A stretch of DNA of 64,000 nucleotides from the NCBI RefSeq assembly GCF_036321535.1, contig NC_087437.1:35466001-35530000 (forward strand), read 5' to 3'. Every line of letters starts with the position of its first letter. Positions within the stretch are counted from its first letter, which is position 1. The position numbers and the translations under genes are program-made. Of this stretch, positions 1-11,560 are shown one piece after another. The stretch is from Camelus dromedarius (Eukaryota). Below the pieces are notes generated by a model. It was given only the letters and a program-made list of their open reading frames with translations. It did not search any database and was not told the origin of the DNA.

Positions 1-84
1 TGGGAATCGGAGAGAAAGTGTTTCACTGCCTCTGTGTGCCCAGCCATATAAAAATCATGCTTTCTCTTCCTGTGTATGAACTGT

Positions 85-270
85 ACTTAAGAAGGTCACC
101 AGTGATGCCATACTGCCAAATCTAATGCTCAGTTCTCAGTCCTTTTACTCAACTTATCAGCAGCATTTTACACAGCTGATTACTCCAGCTTTCCTGAAAA
201 TTTTTGTTCTCATTTGGTTTCCAGGATGCTATTTTCTTTTGGTTATCCTTCTAACTTAATTTCCTTTGGT
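85..270 (+). mobile_element. L2 LINE ORF2 fragment
   Basis: aaggtcaccagtgatgccatactgccaaatctaatgctcagttctcagtcc...tcagcagcattttacacagctgat resembles the L2 RT segment KVTNDL..AKSNG..SVL.LLDLSAAFDTVDH. Confidence 0.8.
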
Positions 271-299
271 AGAGCCTGGTTATTTTTCTGATGTCTGAT

Positions 300-896
300 T
301 GTTACTGGGAGGAGGGAAATAAAAATTGACTCGATTCTTAGTCACCTGAAAAAAAAGAATTTTAACGAGATACAGAGAGTGTGATATAAACAAGATTTTT
401 ATTAGTAGAGTAAAAAGGGAGTAAAAGATAGTACACGGCCGAGAATTGGGAGCAGGCCGTTCCAAGAGAGGAAGATGGTGCCTCTCCTTTGTTTTTCCTG
501 TTTTATATCCTGGCTTAGGGGCGTTTTTTTTGTGATTGATTGATTAATGGCTCTGGTTATTTGATTACTCAGGCCGATTGACAGCTCAGGTCCTTGTGCT
601 CTGGCATGCCCATCGCCTTTTGGGCAGGTTCCTACCCATGAAGCACACAGAGAAACCCACAGAAGGGGGCTCCAACTGTAATGTTAATTACATTATAATG
701 AGCATTGGGTCAAGTTACGCCGGGTCCTTCTCTCTTTTGTGCAGCTGCAGTTTTGATTTTAGCTGCTCTCATTTAGAGAAAATAGAAGTTTCTGGAGTCC
801 CTTATCCTGAGTGCAGGCATACTGTTATTTTCTGGGTTGTTCCTTTCCCCGTCCTCTCCCCCTGCCCAGTGCTCATTTCTGTCTAACTGCCTAATA
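300..896 (-). mobile_element. Solo ERV1-type LTR
   Basis: Starts tgttact and ends ctaactgcctaata (TG..CA-like termini). Near-TSD tgat/taat. tttatt (minus-strand polyA signal) at about 400. Same architecture as the LTR at 59773. Confidence 0.75.
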
Positions 897-1099
897 TAAT
901 CATTCCAATGTCGTGAGGATCAGACTTTAAACTCTATTCTTCTCTTTCAACAGTATTTTCTTAGGTGACACCTTCTAGTCCCATGGAAAGAATTACCTTT
1001 TGTTTGCTGGTGATTTCTAAACTTACATCTATAGATAGACACCTTCCTAGAAAATATAAACTGCTCACTATATGTTGAATAAGTTGTGAGATTTAAAGA

Positions 1100-2060
1100 G
1101 GTATATTTGACATGAAATATGTCAAAATAGTTAAATAATGTCAAATTTTGGAAACCAGTAGGCTTTACCATCTGAAGAAAAACAAATTCTCCTGAAAAAC
1201 AGATCAAGAAGTACAAAAATAGGGAAAAATTAGGTCAATTTAATACCAATTGGTGAATATAAGACACAATAAAAAAGTAAATGGCTGATACTTTGCCAAA
1301 CTTTGGGTCACAGAAGTATATGATGTAAACCATTACATGGGGAAAAAGAAACTAGCATTATGACTGTCATCAACAAGGATTGCACAGGAATCAGACATGG
1401 TTGCCTAGGATACTAAACCTGTCTCCATCATATAAAAATGGTAAAACAAAAATTGGATGTACAGACTAACTTGTACTGTGTAGCAGTAGCACTGTGGTAT
1501 CACCCAGGGGGGTGAAACAGCTGACCCCACAAGAGGTTGTGGGCAAAAAGAACCAAAAAGAGGAGATTCTGAGTCTATAAAATATGTGATTCTGAATCTG
1601 TTTGAGACTTTGGGAGTACTCGCGCAGGCCCAGTCTTCAGTGCTCACTACCCTACTTCTTTAGCATCAGTATCACCACATGAACTGGTAGTCAGATGAGC
1701 AACTGGGGCAGAGCACACCCTTAGCTGTTTCTCCACCAATGATGTGTAAAATCACCTACATGAGCAAACAGAGACAGAAGCTGTCAACAGAAATATGAAC
1801 AAAAGAGTAGATATGAAGATTGCGAGATTATTCCTTGCTTCCTCTCTGGGGCCTGAAATGTAGAAAGCTCCACCTCAGAGTTTTGTTGGGTGTAGGCAGA
1901 AAGTCTTGAGGAAACTTCATGGGGCCCCATGAAACCCAAAAGTCTTCTCGGAGCAGTCAAGTATTTCCCTGGGTGAGAAGGGTTGTTCATGTGATCTGAG
2001 AGTCTAATGGAGGGGCGTCCAGACGGGGCACAGGGACATTGGCATTGTCTGTGTGATGGG
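1100..2060 (+). mobile_element. Decayed Ty3/Gypsy pol fragment (RNase H end to integrase zinc finger), plus strand
   Basis: KLGQFN...MADTLP (1281-1298) resembles L..F.F.I.Y..G..N..ADALSR. RQKVLRKLHGAP (1894-1929) resembles R..VL..LHD.P of the integrase H2C2 region. Frameshifted. Confidence 0.45.
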
Positions 2061-2955
2061 AGACTGGAAGGAAAGTGAGTGTTCCAGGGCATGCTAATCC
2101 GGGGGCATAGTCAGAATTCATCTCAGTGCAGAGCAGCATTCATTAGGTAGAGACCTAATTCTGAAGACTTTATAAACCAGTTGGCAAAAGGAGGTTGGTA
2201 AACTACAGTGTGAGATTTTGCATGGGATTTTTGTTTCAGTTCTGTTCTTTCTCCACGGCTTTATTATGTGTCTAATTTACTTTCTCTGCTGCACCCTCAA
2301 ATCGGATGATGGATTAGTCTACTTGGTTTACTTGGTGGTGGTGTACACAGTACTTCCCGCCATTTCTTAGAGAGAGGCAAGATGGTTCCCAAGATAGTTC
2401 TCAAAGAGGGCAAGCATGGTTTCTGGTTGCAATTTCTCTTCCTGTTTCCTCCCCAATGGCTTCTGAAAACTCACACCGCCTCTGATTCTATTTGGAAATC
2501 AATCTATTTGATTGCAGCTGTGCTCTTGTCCAAGGTCTCAAAGCTTCCTTTGTAGGGAGAGCAGAGCAGGTGCAAGCAATATCAGTTGTCCTTAATGGCT
2601 GCTGCTACTTTGTGAACAAAATACTTAAAGTGTGCAAGGTCATTTATTCTAGGTCATTCGTTTATTGATTTCCCAATCAATCCCTTTTATATCCCTTGTA
2701 GCATTTTGACAAACTATCAAACGTGTGCCCAAACAGTGTCAAGTCCTACAGAATTATAAATGGGCATTTAGCTCTCACCGGGGTGTGCGGGCAAACATGT
2801 GTGCCTCATATTCGTAATGCATGCTCACGCTCCATTTCAAAAGGAAACATATCCAAATATTTGAGCTTATGGTTTCCAGACAGGGTAATCTTGTCCTTTT
2901 CTTCCTTAGCCCTTGTCTGTGTTTCTGCCATTAATTTCCTTTGAAACTCTGCTTC

Positions 2956-3133
2956 ATTGGTTCCCAAAGTTTGCTGCACATTGGAATCACCTAGAGATTA
3001 AAAAAAATCCTAATGCCTGGTTCCTACTCTTAGACATTCTGATTTAATTGGTAGAGGGTGGGGGGTCTCAGCGTTGGGAGATTTAAAGGCTCCCCAAGTA
3101 ATTCTAATACAAGGCAAATGTTGAGAGCAACCG
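2956..3133. mobile_element. MER5-type hAT-Charlie MITE
   Basis: ggttcccaaagtttgctgcacattggaatcacctagag...ctccccaagtaattctaat...ttgagagcaacc is typical MER5A/B text. Confidence 0.85.
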
Positions 3134-3279
3134 TTCTGTTCTTTGCCTTATGTAGGGCCAGTTATGAGTAACCAGTGATAAAAAACCAAATGTTTCTGAA
3201 CTTTAATTAGGAAAACATTATTTTCTGTAGAATTATCATGGCTCCATGAAGGAGCAAATGCAATTGTGTGGTTGATTTA

Positions 3280-3457
3280 AGTAATGATTGATTCATCACT
3301 GACACCTGAAACTGGTATACGCCTGGGTGGAGCCGTATAAATAGCACGGGTAGCACCACAGAAACGCAGTGTTCTCCGGAGGCATTCAGGTTCTCTGTGA
3401 AGAAGGAGCTGCTAATTCTCCCTGGCTTAGAGCTTTTTTGGAGTCTTGAAGGTAATA
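3280..3457 (+). promoter_or_regulatory. Candidate TATA promoter with short non-coding first exon (about 3368-3451)
   Basis: GT-box gggtggag 3325-3332; TATAAATA 3336-3343; Inr-like CAGT with A at 3368, 32 nt after the TATA start; donor AAG|GTAATA at 3451/3452; five CpGs retained in 3320-3380 in an otherwise CpG-poor window. Confidence 0.45.
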
Positions 3458-5119
3458 CAAGATGAATCCCCACGCATGTACCATACCCAAAAGTTGGTCT
3501 TTCAGGTAGTCTGAAATAACTTACCATGGAAATGACTTAGCTTTACAACATTTCAACTCTGTCAGCCTCTTCCAGAAAACCAGAGCCTCTTGGGAACCCT
3601 GTGTATCTGAGACATTGGAAATTAGATGCTATGTTAAGAATTTGCTGAAGTTTTTTAGATAATATCATCCCAAATTTTCTTGCTTGAATTTGTTACTTTC
3701 TTTATGCCTTCTCTCCAATTTTAATTTCTTTGTTTCTGGAGGCCTTAAGTATTAAGAAACAAAACAGAAGGGAAAAAGGAAATTCTGGGACTTGATGGCT
3801 TTAATGAGGCTGGTCTGGTCTTGTCAGGAGCGCCTAAAGCTCTCTGTTAAGTTCCACTATTGATTTATCAAAATAGGTTTTTAATTGTAATCTAAGTTTT
3901 GGCTGGATGAGAATTCAAATTACAATTAGTGTCTTGAGAAAGTTATTAAATCAAACGTATAGAAATTCCTCTGAGGTGTAATGTTATCTATCCTTCTCTA
4001 TGCCAAACATGCTTGAAAAATATGCCCCATTCCTTTTAAGCACTGAACAAAAGCAGTCAGTGTTTGGAATAACCAAGACAAAAGGTATGTGAATAAGAAA
4101 AAGGATTTTTTTACTTCTAACACTAATTAATTCACACATTCCCTTGAACTAGAGTGCAGCGCTTTTGTGGTTGGAATTAATTTTCTCTTGGGGGAACAAA
4201 AACGCTACTGTTTTATTTTAAGACTAGAAAAATGATTCCTCCATTTGGCCAAGAAAGTTCAAAACAATTAGAGTGGATGTCTAAATGAGTAAGAAGTTAA
4301 TTCTTTGTCTGTCTTGGGAAAGTAACATATGCCGAGTGAGGAGAAGTAAATGGCTGATGTGACTTTAGCGATAATAAGTAAAACCGCCTCTCAGTAAGTC
4401 ATTTTCCAGAATGTCTAATCTGAAATCAGGGTTTGGTAAGACACAAGATACACCTGGACTAACCAGACCTTTATTAAACCTCATTCGGCTCCTTTCTATA
4501 CTTACATTTAGAAGATGTTCACTGCATTAGCAGGAAATGTTTGAATAAAAGTGAAAGAAATTATTTCAACTCAGTTGCTCTTAGAAATAAAATGATGGAA
4601 TTACTAATTTCATTAAATATTAATTCTGTTTCTTCTAACAAGGACCAGGTAACTCTGAATGCCCAGAGTAATTTTTAGTTTATTTCTAAACCATAAACTT
4701 TAAGAATTGTTTCTTAAACAGGGCTTAAAAGTATTTGATGGTATTGAATTGTCAAGATGTCAGGAATAATCTGTGTGATCAAATTTTAATCTCTGCCACT
4801 CCCATTTTAAATTATAACTTATCTTGAAAGTGAATGAAAAACTTTGACTCAAAAAAATGATAAGTAACTGAGAAAATAATACATTTCCTAATTTTTTGAT
4901 TTTCTTTACAACTCCTTTAAAATACTGAATGAGACAATGCTTTGAATGAAACACTGTGGTAAAAATAAACAACTCTAGGCTATTTAGAAAAAGAAATATT
5001 CAAAAAGAATTTAAAGGAGTTGGTTTCATTTTATATACATAATCTATGTGTAATACATATATGTGTAAATATACTTGTGCAAGCTAGGGTGTGAGTGCAT
5101 AATATATAGTAAAATAGAT

Positions 5120-5460
5120 TTTTTGGGCTATTGTAACAAAGTAGCACAAACCGAATGGCTTTAAACAATAGAAACCTGTCTCACAGCCCTTGGAGCCTGG
5201 AAGTCTGACATCAACGTATTGGCAGGGTTGCCTCTTCTGAGGGCTGTGAGGGGAGACTTTGCTCTGGGTACCTGCCTAAGCTTCCGATACTTTGCTTGGC
5301 TTGTGGAAGCATCATTTCATCTCTGCTTTCATCTTTACATGGCGCTCTGTGTGTGTGTACGTGTTTAGGTCTATATTTGCTAATTCTTAGAAGGACACTG
5401 GTAATATTGGACTCAGGTCCACCCTAATGACCTCATTCTAATTTGAGTACCTCTTGGGCA
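5120..5460 (-). mobile_element. MaLR LTR (MLT1B/C-like)
   Basis: gggctattgtaacaaagtagcacaaaccgaatggcttt...gaagtctgacatcaacgtattggcagggttg...aaggacactggtaatattgg. Confidence 0.85.
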
Positions 5461-5479
5461 AATGACAGTCTCAAAAACC

Positions 5480-5700
5480 AGGGGTGGAGAGGGACAAATT
5501 GGAAGTTCAAGATTTGCAGATACTACTATATATAAAATAGATAAACAGGGTCCTCCTGTGACACACAGGGAACTATACTCAATATCTTGTAATAGTGTGT
5601 AATGAAAAAGAGTATGAAAAATATATATGTGTATAACTGAATCACTATGCTGTATTCTGAAATTAACACAACATTGTAAACTGATTATACTTCAGAAAAG
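5480..5700 (+). mobile_element. L1 3' end, artiodactyl type
   Basis: gatttgcagatactactatatataaaatagataaac...gtataactgaatcactatgctgta...aacattgtaaactgattatacttc plus A-rich tail; same family as 6175 and 50250. Confidence 0.85.
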
Positions 5701-5760
5701 AAAGAAAGGGGAGGAAGGGAGGAAGGGAGGAAGGGAGGAAGGGAGGAAGGGAGGAAGGAA
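5700..5760 (+). repeat. (GGGAGGAA)n purine microsatellite
   Basis: About six tandem gggaggaa units following the L1 tail. Confidence 0.95.
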
Positions 5761-6174
5761 TCATGGCTAGAAATCTTTGAGTCCCTCCTGGAGGAGGGTA
5801 ATCTCAAGGTAGAGCAGTTTGCCCCTGCAGCCTTCCAGCTGAAGGTGACCCTAAATTGCAGAAGAGGAAGAGTTGAACTGGAAAGGGAGATTGGAATTTT
5901 GACCACTACACAGGGTTAATATATGTTTTAGTTCTGATAGATTATTTTGTGACTAAATATGACCAGAGGACTTAAAAATTATCTAAGATTGACTGGAAAT
6001 GTAGAGGTAGGCCAAGATCTTGTCAAGAAGGACAATGAAGTATAAGTTCAAATGTTGAGTTTAAAGGCAGAGTGAGGGAAAATAATAGAATGGCTTTTGT
6101 TGAATCCTACAGAATTCCACTTTTTAACTTGATAACATTTGTGTGTCTTAAGTATTTCATGTTAAACACCACCT

Positions 6175-6333
6175 TTTACACAGGGAACTATATTCAATTT
6201 TTTGTAATTACATATAATGGAAAAGAATCTGAGAAAAAATATATGTATGTGTATAACGGAATCGCTTTGCTGTGCACCTGAAACTAACATTGTAAATCAA
6301 CTGCACTTCAATAAAAAACAAAATTAAAAAAAA
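6175..6333 (+). mobile_element. L1 3' end, artiodactyl type
   Basis: acagggaactatattcaa...taatggaaaagaatctga...tttgctgtgcacctgaaactaacattgtaaatcaactgcacttcaataaaa. Confidence 0.85.
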
Positions 6334-6349
6334 GCACATTTTACTAAAA

Positions 6350-6500
6350 CCTAAGACATACATAGTGCCAGACTCAATGCTAAACATTTAAGAATTATTT
6401 TCTTCTACTCATTAAAACCCTGTAGGTATTATTAGTACCTTAATTTTACCTAGATATGTGCATCACAGGAAGGCTGAATAACTTGACCAACTTGCTCATG
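6350..6500. mobile_element. MIR fragment
   Basis: tagtgccagactcaatgctaaacattta...aaaccctgtaggtattattagtacc...aataacttgacc. Confidence 0.6.
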
Positions 6501-7895
6501 TTTTGTCTGGCTTGATTTTTTTCTTCAAGCCAGATACTATGCATATTCATACCTTCCTGTTCCCTCAACCCCAACCCGGCTAAAGAAAATATCTCAGTCC
6601 TTTTCCTATAGTGAAGAATCAACAGATACTGAAGTGTAATTTTCTAGAATCAGGGGTAGAAGATGAAAATGGTGATGAAAATTTGTGATAATATTTGTTG
6701 CTTCTTATTACCTCTTGGGAGATAAAGCAATTGTTTAAATATCATTTTAAGCAACCAATCCAACTTCCTTCTTAGTTTGCTGATGTGTCAAAGTTTTTCC
6801 AAGCTTTGAAATTGTCATGACCAGATTTTTATACTTAGAATGCAACAGTCACATCAAACATATCTAGCGACTGAAATATCCTGGCATAGAAAAATAAGCC
6901 CCACAGAATAATTTTCCCAAAGAACAATTTGTGTATGTTTGCTTGACAGACTAAGGTCTATTTTCAAGAGAAAGCAGAAGGAGTAAAAGGAGGGAAAACC
7001 TGCTCTATTTTAAAGCTCTAAAAATATGGTTACTTATATATTACCTTTAATTCTGAGCAGAAATTGGGATTGCTGCAAGTCAATTGAGAGAATATTAGCA
7101 TCTATAATTTAGGCAGGAGTTTACTACCAGACTTCACTGAGATTCCAGTGATTCTAAGTGACCCAGTTTGTACACAGTAACTCAACAGACACACAGACGC
7201 TGTCTGTGTAAGACTATGAATGTAAAAGACACTTCTTCCTATTGGCCATGCAAAATGGCCAGGAAAATTCAACGATGTATGTAATCACCTATAAATGAGA
7301 AAGCAGCACGAGTACTGTTATTTGAGGTTTATTGGTTTGGATACACAGGTATCCATGTAAACATTCAAGCTGTGTATGTCTGACTTGATTTTGTTGAATA
7401 CCCTGGACTATGCTTAGTCTGAGGAATCTATTTAAATGTATAATTTTGCTGGAAAGACAAGATTTATTTTCAGAGAGGTCTCTTGGGACATGATGAGAGT
7501 GTACACATTGGTGATAATTGAGAAGCAATTCTGATCTACATGGCTGCAGCCCTTCCTCCTGCTGTGAAGGTGTCTCATCACTGGTGCTCTGAAACACATG
7601 AATTCATCATTCGGGAACCTGTGTGTTCCTCCCTAGGGCTTCCCCCTGCCTGGGAGCTGGGGAAGGTGCTAACAGCCCATATCATTTATGTATGAGTTCT
7701 TTCCCTGTTGCTGCCTCTATGTTCTGCCTTCTCTTAACGACTCCAATTAGGACCGGAGCCTGTTGATCACCTGCCTGGCTTTCCTTCCCTGCTTGGATTT
7801 TGTGCTCTGCTTGGCCGGCATATTCTGAGACTGTACATCTGACATTGTTCCAGACTCTCCAGCCTTGGTCCTATGGTTGAGGCTGAGTTAGTGAG

Positions 7896-8283
7896 TGTCT
7901 TAGTTTGTGTTCCACCAGGAATAAACTCTGAAAGAAGGATTCAAGTGCAATTAGTTTACTGGGAGGTGATCTCAGGAATCATTGGTAGAGAAGCATGGAA
8001 GGGATTAGGGAAAAGAAGCCAATGAAAATGAGTTAGTAAGCAGATGATTACCATGGGCCACTGGACCCCAAGCCTATGGGAGAATGCTGGAAACAGGGTA
8101 GAACATTCCTTTGAGTACCCCACTTGTGGGTAATGGTTAACTCCCCAGGACTTCTGGCCTGTCCAGTATATGGGCAGAGTTTATCCCAGTGTCCAAAGGC
8201 CCTGAGGCAGAGTGCTTGCAGTTGGGAGGAAGGTTGATGGTGACTGCCAGGGAGTAGGACCAGGGCACCTGCAGTATTTATTA
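7896..8283 (-). mobile_element. ERVL LTR (LTR16-like)
   Basis: tgtcttagtttgtgttccacc...ggattcaagtgcaattagtttactgggaggtgatctcagg...gaagccaatgaaa. Confidence 0.75.
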
Positions 8284-9754
8284 TGGTGGGTACCCATTTT
8301 CTTGTGATGAAGTTTCAGTAAAATATATTTTTGCCCTTCAGGGCTCTTCTCCCCTTGAGATTCCTGGTGTGCAAAGACTTTGGAGAGGAAATGGATTATT
8401 CTGCATTGGGGTCATTGGGTCTTATGGAAAGAAGGGAATCATTTTCCCAGGACATGTAGCTAGGAAGACTGTTTAAGGCTGGACTAGAGTTTCTCTGAAC
8501 AAGGCTCAGGTGCAAAGATGGACAGTGAGGCGCCTGAAATAAAACTGCCTTTAGTAAAATTAACTTGAGGCAGTTCTAATTTGATATCTTTGGACTTCAA
8601 ACAAAGACTCTGCAGTGAATGAAGCTTTTGGCAGAAAACACAGCTAATGCTGGAAGCCCCCTTAGACTGTCACTGTAGCGTGACCTGAGCTTGGAAGAGT
8701 AATGCCTCCAAAGAGCTCAAACCTGAGAAAGATTGACCCTCCCCAAGGAACCGTGTTTACGGAGTGAACTGGACAAGCAAAACCCAGTTGCTGGTTGCAC
8801 TGCGGTGTGATACTGGGTGGCGGCAAGACACAGCCATAGCGGTGGAACTGTGGGGACCTTGTACTCTCCTGAATTGCTCACCCCTGCCCCTTTCCTAGAC
8901 TGCTCTAACCTCTTTTTCCCCTTGAATAACTTGTGGGGAGGGAGAAAATTCACATGAAAGACAATAGGCTTAGGACTATTTAGTATAAGTCATGATGGCT
9001 TGAAATCATGGATTGGAAGAGGGTAAAAGAAATATAGTGAACATTGACCTTTGAATTTGTGAAGCAGGCTGTGCTGATTAAAGGAGGAAAATAATTCAGT
9101 TTTAATTCAGGGAATTTGATTATTTTGTCAGGCTTCTGGTAAAATGAAATGAGTATGATAGTATATTGTAATGCTGTGATGGTGTTTTACATGAGACGTA
9201 AAGGCTTCTCTGTGACCTTCTTGCATGTGCCAACATTCTGTGGGCATAATTGATTATAATGTGGCCTCTAAAATTTTGATGTGAGATAGAGGATTTTATG
9301 AAGTGCAAGGAAAATACTCAGCATGTATCCTAAATGCTGGTTCCATTAAGAGTTTTGAGAAGAGTTTTAACATCTGATTCCATAAAATTTTCAGGTTGAA
9401 CCATCAGTAATTATAATATTCCTGACAACTCTGCATGCAATAGCCCATTTCATTTACTGTAAAGAGACAGGCACTTCCAACTTTATTTCCTTGTTTCATT
9501 CCCCTTACTGTCAGGTTTATAAAAATAGAATTTTCATCTTGTCTTAGTGACATCCTGGTTCTACAACCCTTCTTAAGATGCTGGTTTTAATTTAATTTGT
9601 GCTGGTAAAAATCGTATTTCTGTATTTTAGATAGTTGAATAGAATGGAACTCAATCTTTAGCTAGAAACATGTCTTAACTCTTGACCCGTTTCATTTATA
9701 TCTTGTGTGTAGTTCTAAACTTCTAAACATTTTTCTGTGACATTTATTATTCAG

Positions 9755-10050
9755 GTAGACTTTATCGAGATGTAATTTACCCATAATAAACTGTATCCAT
9801 TGAAATTGTACAATGTGGTAAGGTTTGACAGTTATATATTATGAAACTGCTACTGCAGTAAAGGTACAGACCATTTCCATCACACCCCAAATCTGTCTCG
9901 TGGCCTTGTGCAGTCCTTCCCCAACCCCCAGCCTTAGGTAACCACTGGCTTGCTTTTCATTATTGATTAGTTTGCATTTTCTAGAATTTTATAGAGAGTA
10001 TACAGTATACACTTGTGTCTGGCCTCTTTCACTCTTCCTATGACTTTTAG
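9755..10050 (-). mobile_element. Old L1M 3' end inserted in the RT of fossil A
   Basis: ctttatcgagatgtaatttacccataataaactgtatccattgaaattgtacaa...agaccatttccatcacacccc...gtttgcattttctagaattttata. Confidence 0.85.
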
Positions 10051-10689
10051 ATAAAATTCAAAATAAACTTCAAGTCTATAAGTGACACTGACAACTTCAG
10101 CTGAAGAGCATCAATAGAAAAACCTATGAACAGCTGCTCTGGTGTGTACTACTAATTTGAAGGATAATCATTTATGGGCTTGAGTGAGAGGTGTCTTGTG
10201 TATCAGTATTCATATGTAAACTAGATTTACTATTTAAACCTGTGTTTTCTCTATAAAATACAGCATTCTATGGAAATCCTGAACTTTCACATAGGTATGG
10301 ATATTCAACTTTGCTTTTAGTTTCTGGTAGAAATTAAATGACTTCAAGATACAGGTTAAATTATTGCTATTTTTTGCCTACAAGAATGCTAGCTCACAGG
10401 ACATGGGCCAGGGATCCTGTCATTTGTTCTCCATCATACATACTCATGTCTCCCAACATCCTAGTTTGTATATTGAATTGGTTTACATTGACTGCAACCT
10501 TGATACCAATGGCATGGCTGCCATGTTGGTCAAAAATTTACATGCTTATTGGATAATTGACAATGCTTGGGATTTTCCCCAATGGCCTAAATTGCCCTTT
10601 TGACTTGCTTATTTTAGTCAAGTTAACAAATACTTAAACATTCAAGAAGTATAACTATATCAGTAACTATAACATGAATGTTTCAGATC

Positions 10690-10890
10690 TAGTGAACATT
10701 TACAAATATTTAACTCATTTAATTGGTTAACTCTCTAACGTAGGTACTATCATTAGCCTCACTTCACGGAGGAGGAACCTGAAGCTAAAAGGCTGAGTAA
10801 CTTTGAAGGTCAAGCAACCAATAAGTAGTGGAGTCAGAATTCAGACCCAGAAGTCTGGTTCCAGAGTCAGGCCCTTAGCTGGACTAGGTT
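10690..10890. mobile_element. MIR
   Basis: taggtactatcattagcctcacttcacggaggaggaacctgaagct...gtggagtcagaattcagacccagaagtctggttccagagtc. Confidence 0.85.
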
Positions 10891-11284
10891 GTCCTCTCTT
10901 CTTTAGCAGGTCCTTTATGGTTTATATGCATACATTCAGCCTTGGCCTCTGTGTGTTAGGTACCAGCTCCTAGTCATTTCTGGTGTTACTTCTCTGTTCT
11001 CCCATCCAACCCAGAACTCTTGTCTTTCTAGAAATCGGACGAGAATAAAGAGGGTTGGGGTGAGGGGGTGATGGTATGTGTGTGTGTTGGTAGGAGCGAG
11101 TTTGACTGTTTGCAAGTAGTTACTTCACAGTTTTAGCTGACAGATGTGTTTCAGCCAGAATTCAGATACCATGTGAAGACCTTTTCTGAGATCCTGGCAT
11201 TACATCGCTTTGTCACGAATTGTCAGTCTCACTCGTGCAGGACTCATGAGACATGATATTAGCCAAGCTCTTACTAATGAGTCT

Positions 11285-11560
11285 AATTTTGGGCTCCTTA
11301 ACTGTAGAGAGCAAGGGAGGGCCTATTGTATAGAGAGTCTAGAGAAGAATAATGAAAATAATTAAGGAGCTTGAAGCTGAGAACTTCTGAAGACAGGATG
11401 CAGGAAGACAGATTAGACACAAAGGCCTTAAGATTATTTCACAGAGGATAGCCATTTCCACTGAGGTCAAAACAAGGGACTTTATAGCAGAGGCATTTAG
11501 ATGCAAAATCAGGAAATGGAAGGGTTGTAAAACTCTAAAACAGTTGACGATGCATTGGCT
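11285..11560 (+). mobile_element. CR1/L3 LINE fragment
   Basis: ttttgggctcc...agagtctagagaagaataatgaaaataattaaggagcttgaa...tttccactgaggtcaaaacaag...gagggttgtaaaac-like text resembling the L3 3' region. Confidence 0.65.

Larger units (their letters stand above)
2500..6130 (-). mobile_element. Decayed Ty3/Gypsy pol fossil J (RT, RNase H, integrase), interrupted by MLT1, L1 tail and MER5
   Basis: Collinear on minus: LLQFRVTFSWKAAGA (~5815-5865, cf. YQFRVMPFGLKNAGA); IFTTVFHSKH..V.KKIKKLG.VL (ORF 4760-4972); VLPNPDFRLDILEND (~4400-4445, cf. VL.YPDF...ILETD); HLVLPSRLQK and FIRLHPGVY (ORF 3207-3527, cf. LVLP..LR and FYWPGM); SGNHKLKYLDMF (2845-2880, cf. SGN.YILV.VD.F). Confidence 0.7.

Noticed and set aside
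7191..7209. Hairpin acacagac-gct-gtctgtgt as a structured RNA
   Set aside because: Only an 8-bp stem in low-complexity sequence; likely a micro inverted duplication.
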